Source: Gemmatimonadota bacterium | GTDB taxonomy: Bacteria > Gemmatimonadota > Gemmatimonadetes > Gemmatimonadales > GWC2-71-9 | Direction: 5' to 3' | DNA length: 64,000 nucleotides | Assembly: GCA_036679645.1 (NCBI GenBank) | Contig: JAZDCY010000016.1 | Coordinates: 32,001-96,000, forward strand | Shown here: piece after piece, positions 1-8,862 of the stretch | How positions within the stretch are numbered: position 1 is the first letter of the stretch | How the letters are laid out: each line of letters begins with the position of its first letter | Translations under genes and position numbers: made by a program | Notes under the pieces: generated by a model | Database searches by the model: none | Told to the model about the DNA's origin: nothing | What the model saw: only the letters and a program-made list of their open reading frames with translations

Positions 1-270
1 ATGGAACGTGAAAACAGTCGCGCCGGCGTCGGCAAAGTCGTCGATGTGGCGTTCGGGCATATCCACCATGAGGTGCACATCGAGTGGCAGTTCGGTGGCA
101 CGCCGGGCGACCGCAACCACGTTCGCACCGAAGGTGATGGGTGGCACGAACCGGCCATCCATCACGTCTATGTGAATCATGTCCGCGCCGCCCTCGGCCA
201 CCCGGGTGATCTCATCGGTGAGACGACCCAGGTCGGCGCTGAGGATGCTGGCAGAGATCAACACGTTCAT
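1..270 (-). CDS. rpe: Ribulose-phosphate 3-epimerase (5' part; runs off window edge)
   Basis: Manual translation from ATG at 270: MNVLISASILSADLGRL...ADMIHIDVMDGRFVPPITFG, containing the S-I-L-S-A-D and H-x-D-V-M-D-G motifs; ATGA overlap with the upstream stop. Not in the ORF track. Confidence 0.93.
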   Translation of the reverse strand, partial: MNVLISASILSADLGRLTDEITRVAEGGADMIHIDVMDGRFVPPITFGANVVAVARRATELPLDVHLMVDMPERHIDDFADAGATVFTFH

Positions 271-1178
271 TGCGGGTTCCCAGAGGCCAGGATCACGTTT
301 ACCAGCGTACCTGGAGCACTCAGTGTTCCGGCGGCTGGTTCCTGGAAGAATACCTGTCCCGGCTCGACCGCGTTACTGCGGCGGGCGTAGTTCGTCCCGA
401 GTGCGAGCCCCGCTTCTTCGAGGGCCACGCGTGCCGAATCGAGCTCGAGCCCAATCAGAGACGGAACGCGGATCGTCGCGGTACCCACGCTCACCACGAG
501 CGTGACCGCGGTGCCGGGCAACAGCGTTGTGCCCGCCGGAGGGCGTGTGTTGACCGCGACGTTTGCCGGGGTCGGCGCTTGCGCGGACTCGACGCGTCCA
601 ACGACCAGTCCCGCCGCCTCCAGCAGCAGCCTGGCGTTATCGGCATCGTACCCGGCGATGTCGGGCACGGGAATGCGTTGCGGGCCCGCACTCACCGTGA
701 GGCGCACCTCGGTGCCCTCGGGAACGACGACATCCGCGGGCGGGTCCTGCCAGACGACGTTGCCGTTGGCGATCTCGGGGTGCGTCATGCGATCGACCTC
801 GGCCACCGAGAGCCCGAGGGCGCCCAGGGCTTCCCGTGCGGCCTCCCGTCCCATCCCGATCACCTGCGGCACGCTGCGGTTGGCAGCGAAGATCGGTGCC
901 GGGAAAAGAAAGAAGACGGCGGTGAGGTACCCGCCGATGGCGGTTACCAGAAACACGCCCACGGCCAGCGTGGCGAACCGATGGCCCGCGAATCGGGGCA
1001 GCCAGCGGCGTCGGTCTGGCATGTACGGCGTCGCGTCATCTTGTGTGGTAGTGGGGGCGGGGACAGGGGCGGAGTCGCTGCGGTGCAGCCCCGCAAGCCA
1101 AGTGCGCGCCCGAGCGATCCCCTGTTGCCACGCGCGCGCGACTCGCCCACCGGAAGAGAAACGGCGGCGTATCCTCAT
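267..1178 (-). CDS. PASTA-domain membrane protein (1 TM + 3 PASTA repeats)
   Basis: Hydrophobic segment followed by three VPxxxG...QxPxAG...VxLxVS repeats. Confidence 0.85.
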   Translation of the reverse strand: MRIRRRFSSGGRVARAWQQGIARARTWLAGLHRSDSAPVPAPTTTQDDATPYMPDRRRWLPRFAGHRFATLAVGVFLVTAIGGYLTAVFFLFPAPIFAANRSVPQVIGMGREAAREALGALGLSVAEVDRMTHPEIANGNVVWQDPPADVVVPEGTEVRLTVSAGPQRIPVPDIAGYDADNARLLLEAAGLVVGRVESAQAPTPANVAVNTRPPAGTTLLPGTAVTLVVSVGTATIRVPSLIGLELDSARVALEEAGLALGTNYARRSNAVEPGQVFFQEPAAGTLSAPGTLVNVILASGNPQ

Positions 1179-2470
1179 GCGCGTCTCACGAGCCTGGTCC
1201 CAAACGCTCCATCGGTCTCGTCATCAGGCGGGAAGATACTGAGGTCGGGCCCCGCACGGGCAAAATCGGGGTGCCGCGACAGGAACTGCTCCACCTGGTC
1301 GCCGTTCTCCTCCGGCTCGAGCGAGCACGTCATGTAGATCAGATACCCGCCGGGCCGGACCACGTCCACGGCCCCGTCGAGCAGTGCCGACTGCTCGGCG
1401 GCCAGCCGAGTAATGGTCTGTGGCTCGAGGCGCCAGCGGGCGTCGGGATGGCGTGCGAAGGTTCCCGTGGCGCTGCACGGCGCGTCGAGGATGACCGCGT
1501 CCATCGACCCCGGTACTAGGGGCGGGGCGGTCGCGTCCGCGGCGGCCACGAGGACGGACGGTGCCGCCCGGCGCACGGTTTCGCTGAGTCGGGCGAGCCG
1601 GGCGCGGGACCGGTCGGTGGCCAGAACGCGTGCCCCCGCTGTGCGCGCGAGGACCGCCGCCTTCCCGCCGGGTGCCGCACAGGCGTCCCAAATCCGAACG
1701 TCGTCAGGCAGGTTCACGAACTGCGCGAGCAAAGCCTGGGCGGGGTCTTGGACAACAAACGCTCCGTCACGATATCCCGGGACTTGCTGCAGGCGTCCAC
1801 CGGCGAGAAAGAACCCTGGGAGCCCCGCACGGGTCGTATAGCGGATATCCGCTGCATCGAGCGCGTGGCGCAATTCGTCGGCCGACCAGCGCGCCGGCTG
1901 GAGCACGATGGGCGGTCGCCGATTGTTATGGACGAGCAGTGCCTGCGTGCGTTCCGGGCCGAATTGGGTGAGCCAGCGGTTCACCAGCCATTCCGGATGC
2001 GAATACTCATGGGCCAGAGACGGCGCGTCGTGTGCCGTTGGGGGGCGTATGCCAGATGTCGTGCGTTCGTCACCGGCCGTCTGCTTCTCCTGGGCAACCG
2101 CTCTCAGCACGGCGTTGACGAATCCGCCACCCTGCGCGCCGCGCAACGACTTTGCTAGTTCGACGGTACTGCTGACGGCCGCGTGCGGCGGCACGCGGGT
2201 GAGGTGGAGAAGCTGGTAGGCTCCCAGCCGGAGGAGGTCACGCAGGTCCTCGTGGACGCTCTGCCACCCGCGGGTCGCGAGCGGGGCGAGCACGGCGTCG
2301 AGTTGGGTGCGCGCGCGGAGCACGCCGGCGGCAATCTCGTGCGCCAGACGACGGTCGGGGTCTGCAAGGGCAGCGACGGCGTCGTCGCGCGCGGCATCGA
2401 ACGGCACCCCGCGCCGGACGGTGCGCAGAATCTCGTAGGCGGCGCGCCGCGCTGCAGTCCCGTCGCTAAT
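1175..2470 (-). CDS. rsmB: 16S rRNA m5C967 methyltransferase (NusB-like + SAM MTase); start uncertain
   Basis: DACAAPGGK, DAPCSATG, TCSL motifs; N-terminal NusB-like helices. The ORF is open to 2608 but that part overlaps thiG. Confidence 0.9.
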   Translation of the reverse strand: MSDGTAARRAAYEILRTVRRGVPFDAARDDAVAALADPDRRLAHEIAAGVLRARTQLDAVLAPLATRGWQSVHEDLRDLLRLGAYQLLHLTRVPPHAAVSSTVELAKSLRGAQGGGFVNAVLRAVAQEKQTAGDERTTSGIRPPTAHDAPSLAHEYSHPEWLVNRWLTQFGPERTQALLVHNNRRPPIVLQPARWSADELRHALDAADIRYTTRAGLPGFFLAGGRLQQVPGYRDGAFVVQDPAQALLAQFVNLPDDVRIWDACAAPGGKAAVLARTAGARVLATDRSRARLARLSETVRRAAPSVLVAAADATAPPLVPGSMDAVILDAPCSATGTFARHPDARWRLEPQTITRLAAEQSALLDGAVDVVRPGGYLIYMTCSLEPEENGDQVEQFLSRHPDFARAGPDLSIFPPDDETDGAFGTRLVRRA

Positions 2471-3257
2471 CCAGCATTCCTCCAGTTGGAGACGAGGGGA
2501 CCGCCACCTCGCGGCGGGGCATCCTTCCTGCGAGGAACGCGCGGCGGCCCGCATCGACCGCCTGACCCATCGCGCGGGCCATCTGCACCGGATCTGCCGC
2601 CTCGGCAATGGCCGTGTTCATGAGAATCCCATCTACACCCTGCTCCATCGTGACGCACGCGTCCGATGCGGTGCCCACTCCCGCATCGACGATGATTGGC
2701 ACGGAGAGCCGGTGTTTGATCGTGCGGATGCTGTACGGGTTCAAGAGACCCAATCCGCTGCCGATGGGTGAGGCGAGAGGCATCACCGCCGCCGCCCCCG
2801 TATCCTCGAGACGCAATGCCGTGATCAGGTCGTCGTTCGTATAGGCCATGACCTGAAAGCCTTCGGCGACGAGGGTGCGTGTTGCCGCGAGCAGTTCCTG
2901 CACGTCGGGGAGCAGCGTCTGTTGGTCGCCGATGACCTCGAGCTTGATGAACTCGTTGAATCCCGCCTCACGAGCGAGCCGGGCGTAGCGCACGGCATCA
3001 TCGCCGGAGTAGCACCCGGCAGTATTCGCCAGCAGGAAGTACGTATTGGGATCGACGTGGTGGAGGATCCCCTCATCGTTCGAGCGGTCGAGGTCGATAC
3101 GCCGAACGGCGACGGTGACGACGTCTGCCCCGGATGCCTCGAGCGCGCGTACCATCGTCTCGTTGTCTGCGTATTTTCCCGTACCGACGATCAGCCGGGA
3201 TCGGAACGTCCGACCGCCGACCACCAGAGAATCTGTTTCCGAAAGCGTTGCGGTCAC
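2466..3257 (-). CDS. thiG: Thiazole synthase
   Basis: SRLIVGTGKY, NTAGC, KLEVIGD, PLASPIGSG, DAGVG motifs; GTG start just after the thiS stop. Confidence 0.96.
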   Translation of the reverse strand: MTATLSETDSLVVGGRTFRSRLIVGTGKYADNETMVRALEASGADVVTVAVRRIDLDRSNDEGILHHVDPNTYFLLANTAGCYSGDDAVRYARLAREAGFNEFIKLEVIGDQQTLLPDVQELLAATRTLVAEGFQVMAYTNDDLITALRLEDTGAAAVMPLASPIGSGLGLLNPYSIRTIKHRLSVPIIVDAGVGTASDACVTMEQGVDGILMNTAIAEAADPVQMARAMGQAVDAGRRAFLAGRMPRREVAVPSSPTGGMLD

Positions 3258-3258
3258 G

Positions 3259-3471
3259 TTACCCACCTCCAACGAAATGCACGAGTTCGACGGAATCCCC
3301 TTCGCGTAACCGTGTTTCAGCAAACGCCGGGCGCCGCACGATCTCCCGGTTGTGTTCCACGACGACCGCACGAGGATCCACTTCAAAGCGCTCGAGTAGC
3401 TCGAGCAACGTGAGGTCCCGCGAGACACTTCGGGAGGTACCGTTAACTTCCACGGTGATCGCGTCTGTCAT
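3259..3471 (-). CDS. thiS: Sulfur carrier protein
   Basis: About 70 aa ubiquitin-like, VNG...VEHN...VHFVGGG C-terminus. Confidence 0.95.
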   Translation of the reverse strand: MTDAITVEVNGTSRSVSRDLTLLELLERFEVDPRAVVVEHNREIVRRPAFAETRLREGDSVELVHFVGGG

Positions 3472-3508
3472 TGCCGATGGTCTGTGTGCATCTGCAACCT
3501 CTGCGGTA

Positions 3509-4141
3509 CTATCTCGACTCATCTGTGGCTAAAGATAGCAGGAACCGCTCCGCCGCCGCAGCGGGATCCGGGGTGTCCCAGAGCCCCGTCACGGCGGCGA
3601 TGGCCCGGATGCCCGCCTCCCGGCACCGCGCCGCCCGTTCTGGCGTCACACCTCCGATCGCGACCACGCGATCGGCTGGCAGATCGGTCAGCGCGTCCAG
3701 GCCGAGAGGGGGACGATGTGGGTGAGATGGCGTCCCCCAGATGGGGCCGAGAAACACGTAATCCGCACCCCTGGCAAGGGCGGTGCGCGCCTCGTCGGGC
3801 GTATGAGTTGATTGGCCGACTGCGACCGAGTCCGCGGACAGTCGCCTCGCCGCCTGCAGCGGGAGCCCGTGCGCCGGAAGGTGGAGGCCGTCAGCGCCCG
3901 CAAGGCGGGCGATATCGGCTCGATCGTTGACGAAGAACGCGGTGTCGGTGGCGGCGGTGATGCGCCGCAGGTCGTCGGCAAGCTCGAGCAGGTGGTCCCC
4001 GGGAAGGGTCCCGCGAAGGTGGATGGCGACATCCGGGCCCGTCGCGAGTGCCGCGGCACGGTCGAGCAGGTCTGGGAGTTTGAGGATGCGGTCGTTGGTA
4101 ACGGCGTGGAGGAAAGGGGGTGGGGGGAGGAGACGGTTCAC
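3509..4141 (-). CDS. thiE: Thiamine-phosphate synthase family protein
   Basis: VNDRADIA, GLHL, STH, DYVFLGPI, AIGG motifs; next to thiS/thiG. Confidence 0.85.
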   Translation of the reverse strand: MNRLLPPPPFLHAVTNDRILKLPDLLDRAAALATGPDVAIHLRGTLPGDHLLELADDLRRITAATDTAFFVNDRADIARLAGADGLHLPAHGLPLQAARRLSADSVAVGQSTHTPDEARTALARGADYVFLGPIWGTPSHPHRPPLGLDALTDLPADRVVAIGGVTPERAARCREAGIRAIAAVTGLWDTPDPAAAAERFLLSLATDESR

Positions 4142-5577
4142 GCGAACTGCGCGCCGCGGGCGGGACCGCTCCCGCGGAGCCACTCGGCTGCCGCCATGCG
4201 CGGTTTTCCCTCGGGTTGCACATCGAGCAACTGGAGCGCTCCGTCGCCCGTCGAGATGACGAAGGCGGGATCTGTTTCGATGATCTCACCGAGTGGCGAA
4301 GCGGGTGACGGGAAGCCCGCGGGCCGCGGGCCGAACATCTTGACGCGTTGTCCGTTGAGGGTGGTCCAGGCCCCGGGCTTGGGATCGAGACCCCGGATCA
4401 ACCGTGCTATGCGTACTGCCGGTGCTTCCCATCGGATACGTGCCATCTCCTGTGTGAGTTTGGGCGCGTATGTAGCCAACGCGGAGTCCTGCGTCTCTTC
4501 GGTCAGTGCATCTGCAGCCATGAGCGAGAGGGCCTCCACGAGGGCCAGGGCACCGAGCTCGGCGAGCCGCTCTTCAAGTTCTCCGGCAGTCTCATCGGTG
4601 GCGATGGGCGTTGGGACCTTGAGCAGCATGGGGCCCGTATCCATGCCCTCGTCGAGCCGCATGATGGTGACGCCCGTCTCCTCCAGTCCCTCGATGACCG
4701 CGTGCCGAATGGGCGCCGCACCGCGGAGCGCGGGGAGCAACGACGCATGGACATTGACCAGTCCCCGGCTGGGAACCGCAAGCATTTCCGCCTTGAGGAT
4801 GTGCCCGTACGCGACGACGACGCCAACATCCGGCGCGAGCTTGCGCAGTCCGTCGAGCAGTTCGGGAGTGTTGGGCGACTCGGGCTGAAGTACCGGGACG
4901 CCCTCGCTCTGCGCGACGAGCTTCACGGGAGGTGCGTGGAGCGCCGAACGCGAACGGCCGCGCGGTCGGTCGGGTTGCGTGACGACCGCCACAACGTCGA
5001 ACGCTTCGCCCAACAGGGCGCGCAGCGACGGGACGGCAAAATTGGGCCGGACCGGCGTCGGGTTCACCTCCTTGATGTAGCCGGTCTTCCCTTTCCGCAT
5101 CTTCTTCCATTTCGCCTGCAACATCTTGCGCTTCAGCGGACTCAGGTGGTCGAGGAAGAGGATCCCGTCGAGATGGTCTATCTCATGTAGGATGGCGCGG
5201 GCGCGGAGAGCGTTGGCCTCGACGCGCACGCGCTCCCCCTCGAGCGACGTCGTCTCAATGACGATTCGTGTTGCCCGAACGACATCCCCGTAGATTTCGG
5301 GAATGGAGAGACATCCCTCTTCGCTCTTGTCCTGTCCCTCTTGCTCGATGATCTCCGGATTGATCAACACGACGGCTCCGTCCTCACCCGTGTCCACGAC
5401 GGCCACGCGGCGGGTCTCACCGATCTGATTGGCTGCCAACCCGACACCCTGTTCGTCGCGCATCGTATCGAACAGGTCGGTGACCAGTTGCCGAACCGCG
5501 CCGTCCACCTCGGTGACCTCGGTCGCGCGCTGGCGCAGTACCGGCGAGCCGAGTAGGTGGAGGCTACGCAGGCTCAC
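4138..5577 (-). CDS. def-fmt: Fused peptide deformylase + methionyl-tRNA formyltransferase (single ORF)
   Basis: Def motifs GVGLAANQ, EGCLS, HEIDH; Fmt motifs FAVPSL, VTQPDRP, NVHASLLP, GMDTG; no stop between them. Confidence 0.88.
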   Translation of the reverse strand: MSLRSLHLLGSPVLRQRATEVTEVDGAVRQLVTDLFDTMRDEQGVGLAANQIGETRRVAVVDTGEDGAVVLINPEIIEQEGQDKSEEGCLSIPEIYGDVVRATRIVIETTSLEGERVRVEANALRARAILHEIDHLDGILFLDHLSPLKRKMLQAKWKKMRKGKTGYIKEVNPTPVRPNFAVPSLRALLGEAFDVVAVVTQPDRPRGRSRSALHAPPVKLVAQSEGVPVLQPESPNTPELLDGLRKLAPDVGVVVAYGHILKAEMLAVPSRGLVNVHASLLPALRGAAPIRHAVIEGLEETGVTIMRLDEGMDTGPMLLKVPTPIATDETAGELEERLAELGALALVEALSLMAADALTEETQDSALATYAPKLTQEMARIRWEAPAVRIARLIRGLDPKPGAWTTLNGQRVKMFGPRPAGFPSPASPLGEIIETDPAFVISTGDGALQLLDVQPEGKPRMAAAEWLRGSGPARGAQFA

Positions 5578-5912
5578 GACCGCTTCTTCTCGTCACCCGT
5601 TCCCGGTGTGAGCACCTCGGCGACGCGCCCGCGCTGAATCACGAGCCGCGATTCGCCGCTCTTTATCGTGAGCTCGTCGTCTTTCACCTTGATGACCTCA
5701 CCCACGATGCCCCCGTTCGTGACGACGCGGTCGCCCCGTGAGATCTCCGCAAGGCGGGCCCGGTGCCGTTTCTCCTGCTGCGAACGGGGGCGGATCAGCA
5801 GGAAATAGATGATGCCGATGAAGGCCGCCATCTGAAACAGAAAGATGCCGAACCCAGGGCCGCCGGCCCCGCCGGACGGGGCGAACAGCAAAAACAGGGT
5901 GCTCAGGTTCAC
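5574..5912 (-). CDS. yajC: Preprotein translocase subunit
   Basis: TM + YFLLIRP...GDRVVTNGGIVG; follows tgt with a GTGA overlap. Confidence 0.93.
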   Translation of the reverse strand: MNLSTLFLLFAPSGGAGGPGFGIFLFQMAAFIGIIYFLLIRPRSQQEKRHRARLAEISRGDRVVTNGGIVGEVIKVKDDELTIKSGESRLVIQRGRVAEVLTPGTGDEKKRS

Positions 5913-7042
5913 GCGTCGCTCCGGGTGTTGTACCGGGCCAGCCAGTCGCGCCGCCACGTCTCGAACGTTCCGTCGAGGACGCGGGCACGCGATGTCTCGC
6001 CCAGGCGAATCAAGAACCGCACGTTGTGCAGCGAAAGCAGTCGGAGTCCCAGCAACTCATCGGCGACGAACAGGTGTCGCAGGTATCCGCGACTGTACGT
6101 GGTGCATGTTTCACAGTCGCAACCGGCATCGATTGGTGTCTCATCGCGCCGGAAAGCCGCGTTGCGCACGTTGAGACGGCCATCGGCCGTGAACGCCGAG
6201 CCGTTGCGCCCGTTCCTCGTGGGTGCAACGCTATCGAATAGATCTACGCCACGGGCCACCGCTTCGAGCAGGTCTTCCGGAAAACCGACCCCCATAAGAT
6301 AACGTGGGATGCCATGGGGCAATGCGGGGCACAATGTTTCGAGAATGGCGTACATCGCCGCACGCTCCTCTCCCACCGCGAGCCCGCCGATCGCGAGGCC
6401 GGACCAGGCGCGCATGCCCGTGATCGCTTCGAGCGCCCGGTCACGGAGATCGGGGAAGATCGCCCCCTGAACGATGGGCCAGAGGGTCTGCCGCTCGGGC
6501 GTAGCATTGGCCAACTCGGCGTGCCGTGCCGCGCACCGTTTCAGCCATCGCGTTGTGCGCGTGAGTGCCTCCTCGGCCTCCGGCCGCGTGGCCGTTCCGG
6601 GGACGACGTGGTCGAGCGCCATGGCGACGTCGCTGCCCAGGGCCCACTGGATTTCGACAGCGCGCTCTGGCGTGACCATGCGTCTGGCACCATCGACGTG
6701 TGACTGGAACTCGACGCCCTCGTCGGTCACGCGGCGCGAGCCGTCAAGTGAAAATACCTGAAACCCGCCCGAGTCGGTGAGGATGGGTCCGTCCCACGCC
6801 ATGAACCGGTGTAGCCCGCCCAGCGCGGCGATGGTCTCTTCACCCGGACGGACGTGCAGGTGATACGTGTTCGCCAGCACCACCTGCGTTCCAACGGCCG
6901 TGAGATCGAAGGGCGAGAGCGTTCGTACGGTCGCCTGTGTCCCGACCGGCATGAACGCCGGTGTCAGTACTGATCCGTGCGGGAGCGAGAGCGTCCCGGC
7001 GCGGGCCGCGCCGCAGGTGGCGTCGATCTGGAACTCGAACAT
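5909..7042 (-). CDS. tgt: tRNA-guanine transglycosylase
   Basis: TPAFMPVGT, LANTYHL, TDSGGFQ, CDCETC...H Zn motif; start is the ATG at 7042 (the ORF-track extension runs through the CRISPR repeats). Confidence 0.96.
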   Translation of the reverse strand: MFEFQIDATCGAARAGTLSLPHGSVLTPAFMPVGTQATVRTLSPFDLTAVGTQVVLANTYHLHVRPGEETIAALGGLHRFMAWDGPILTDSGGFQVFSLDGSRRVTDEGVEFQSHVDGARRMVTPERAVEIQWALGSDVAMALDHVVPGTATRPEAEEALTRTTRWLKRCAARHAELANATPERQTLWPIVQGAIFPDLRDRALEAITGMRAWSGLAIGGLAVGEERAAMYAILETLCPALPHGIPRYLMGVGFPEDLLEAVARGVDLFDSVAPTRNGRNGSAFTADGRLNVRNAAFRRDETPIDAGCDCETCTTYSRGYLRHLFVADELLGLRLLSLHNVRFLIRLGETSRARVLDGTFETWRRDWLARYNTRSDA

Positions 7043-7043
7043 G

Positions 7044-7101
7044 TCACACGATAGCCATCGCGTCGCCGTAGTTGTAGAGGCGATATCGCTGAGCGACCGC
7101 C
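7044..7101 (-). repeat. Duplicated 3' end of queA (att-like direct repeat, copy next to tgt)
   Basis: 7044-7094 matches 22842-22892 at 50/51 nt, and 55/58 when extended to 7101/22899. Confidence 0.93.
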
Positions 7102-7119
7102 ATGACCGCCCAACCTGCG

Positions 7120-7342
7120 GTTTCAATCCACGCCCGCGCGCGAGCGGGCGACCTGGGTCTTCGCGTGTGTCTACACGCTGATGTTTCAATCCACGCCCGC
7201 GCGCGAGCGGGCGACCTCGACATTCTGAGCAACGCACTAACGACGTTTCAATCCACGCCCGCGCGCGAGCGGGCGACTCGGACATGGCGCGCGTCGTCGA
7301 TGTCCTCGCGTTTCAATCCACGCCCGCGCGCGAGCGGGCGAC
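7120..7342 (-). CRISPR. CRISPR array, 4 identical 33-bp repeats and 3 spacers (30, 29, 32 bp); type I-C-like repeat GTCGCCCGCTCGCGCGCGGGCGTGGATTGAAAC (minus strand)
   Basis: Repeats at 7120-7152, 7183-7215, 7245-7277, 7310-7342; 7-bp stem CGCCCGC/GCGGGCG; ATTGAAAC 3' end; adjacent to cas2. Confidence 0.97.
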
Positions 7343-7524
7343 TGACTACTGCTAACTCTTTGTAGTTGAATGGCTTCAAAAGCCGGTCGCGCGAACCGGC
7401 TCCGGGTGAGCAAGGTTGGGCTACTATCGGCGCGAGTGCAAACGGTCAAGCAGTTGTCAAAGAGCGCGTTAGCCGTGGTCGCGAACCCCAGGCGAAAGAT
7501 GCACCAGCTAGAGGTTCGCGGCTA
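7343..7524 (-). promoter_or_regulatory. CRISPR leader
   Basis: Between cas2 and the first repeat; GCGAACC at 7391 and 7481 and inverted GGTTCGC at 7513, motifs typical of I-C leaders; AT-richer IHF-like stretch near 7353-7365. Confidence 0.75.
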
Positions 7525-7815
7525 TCAAATAATCAGCGGTCCCTCCAGATCGACGCTCGGCTTCGCGCCGTGATGCTCCACCCGATGACGCCAATTCCTT
7601 CCCAGGAAGTAGAACCGCAGGCTGTCTTCCTCAGGTCGATAGAGATCGAGCAGACGCAGTTTGAACTGCGCCCACTGTGTCGGGTCGAGCTGGCACTCGA
7701 ATACCGAGTTCTGCACCCGTTGGCCAAAGCCGACGCAGGTCTTCGCGACGTGCCTGAGGCGTTTGCGGCCCTCCCGGGTTGTCGTCGCTACGTCGTACGT
7801 CACCAAGACAAACAC
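7525..7815 (-). CDS. cas2: CRISPR-associated endonuclease Cas2
   Basis: MFVLVTYDV...RVQNSVFEC...DSLRFY. Confidence 0.96.
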   Translation of the reverse strand: MFVLVTYDVATTTREGRKRLRHVAKTCVGFGQRVQNSVFECQLDPTQWAQFKLRLLDLYRPEEDSLRFYFLGRNWRHRVEHHGAKPSVDLEGPLII

Positions 7816-7830
7816 AATGGCGTCCTCCGG

Positions 7831-8862
7831 TTACTTCCACACGAACGCCGGATAGGCATCGAGATCGCCGCGGAGTAGCCGCGCCAGGAGCCGCGCCTGC
7901 AGGTGGATCAACAACCCTACCGTGGTTTGCTCGCCCAGGAAGGGGTGTGTGATCTCATCCTGCTTGCGCTTCTGATACGCGATCAGAACCGTCTTTCGCG
8001 TGTCCTCGGACATCTCGACTCCACCGGATTCCGTCTTGCGGAAGCCCTTCGCGTGGACCTGCTGGCGGTTGATGAGCGTGAGGGCGAGCCGATCCGCCAG
8101 GAACGGTCGGAACTCCTCGATGAGATCGAGCGCGAGTCCGGGTCGGCCTGGACGGTCGCGGTGGAGGAAACCGACCTGGCTGTCCAGCCCGGCCGCCTCA
8201 CAGGCGGCTCGCGCATCGTGCCCGAGCATGGCGTACAGGAACGAGAGCAGCGCGTTGACCGGATCCAGCGGCGGCCGGCGGTTGCGCCCGGTAAACGCAA
8301 AGCCGTCGGGCTGCCCAGTGATCAGGTGGCCGAACACGGCGAAATAGATGCTGGCGCTCTCCCCCTCGATCCCGCGAATCAGGTCGAGCCGGTCCGCCGC
8401 CTGGACCTGTTGGATGGTGTGGGCCAGACGCGCCGCCGCCGCCTGCACAGCCGCCCGACCTTGGCCCTCTGGATAGTCTCGAACGCTCCGGAGCAGCACG
8501 GTCCGTGCGTTCGCGACCTTCGCAGTAACGAGATTCCGCGCAATGACGGCGCTCCGAGACTCGTCGTCGGCGCGGCGGTACTGCTCGCGACGCAGCAGGA
8601 CGTTGCCGGGTGTGAAACCGAGCACGCGGGCAAGGAACTTCCCCTGCTCGCTCAGGAACGAGATGGCGATACCCCGTTCGGCGCACGCGTGCATTAGCCA
8701 CGGGCTGATGTTGACGAGACCGAAACACACGATCCCGCCGAGCGTGTGGAGCGGCAGCTGAAGGCGGGTCTCCTCCCCGAGTTTTACCTGGAGTGCCTCC
8801 CCGTACTTCGAGACGTACGCGCCTTGCGTCGTCACGAACAGGGTATTCAGGTGCTGCTTCAC
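7831..8862 (-). CDS. cas1: CRISPR-associated endonuclease Cas1 (type I-C)
   Basis: LNTLFVTTQGAY, GNVLLRREQY, RGIEG, RRPPLDPVNALLSF, GFLH, DLIEEFR. Confidence 0.97.
   Translation of the reverse strand: MKQHLNTLFVTTQGAYVSKYGEALQVKLGEETRLQLPLHTLGGIVCFGLVNISPWLMHACAERGIAISFLSEQGKFLARVLGFTPGNVLLRREQYRRADDESRSAVIARNLVTAKVANARTVLLRSVRDYPEGQGRAAVQAAAARLAHTIQQVQAADRLDLIRGIEGESASIYFAVFGHLITGQPDGFAFTGRNRRPPLDPVNALLSFLYAMLGHDARAACEAAGLDSQVGFLHRDRPGRPGLALDLIEEFRPFLADRLALTLINRQQVHAKGFRKTESGGVEMSEDTRKTVLIAYQKRKQDEITHPFLGEQTTVGLLIHLQARLLARLLRGDLDAYPAFVWK

Noticed and set aside
3472..4200. TPP riboswitch for thiE-thiS-thiG
   Set aside because: thiE overlaps the fmt stop, leaving no leader, and no TPP motif was recognised
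7153..7182. Self-targeting of a spacer to about 26705 (GTCTACACGCT)
   Set aside because: Only 11 nt match; expected by chance
7043..7285. N-terminal extension of Tgt with repeated RPLARGRGLK
   Set aside because: Translation of the CRISPR repeats; Tgt homology starts at ATG 7042
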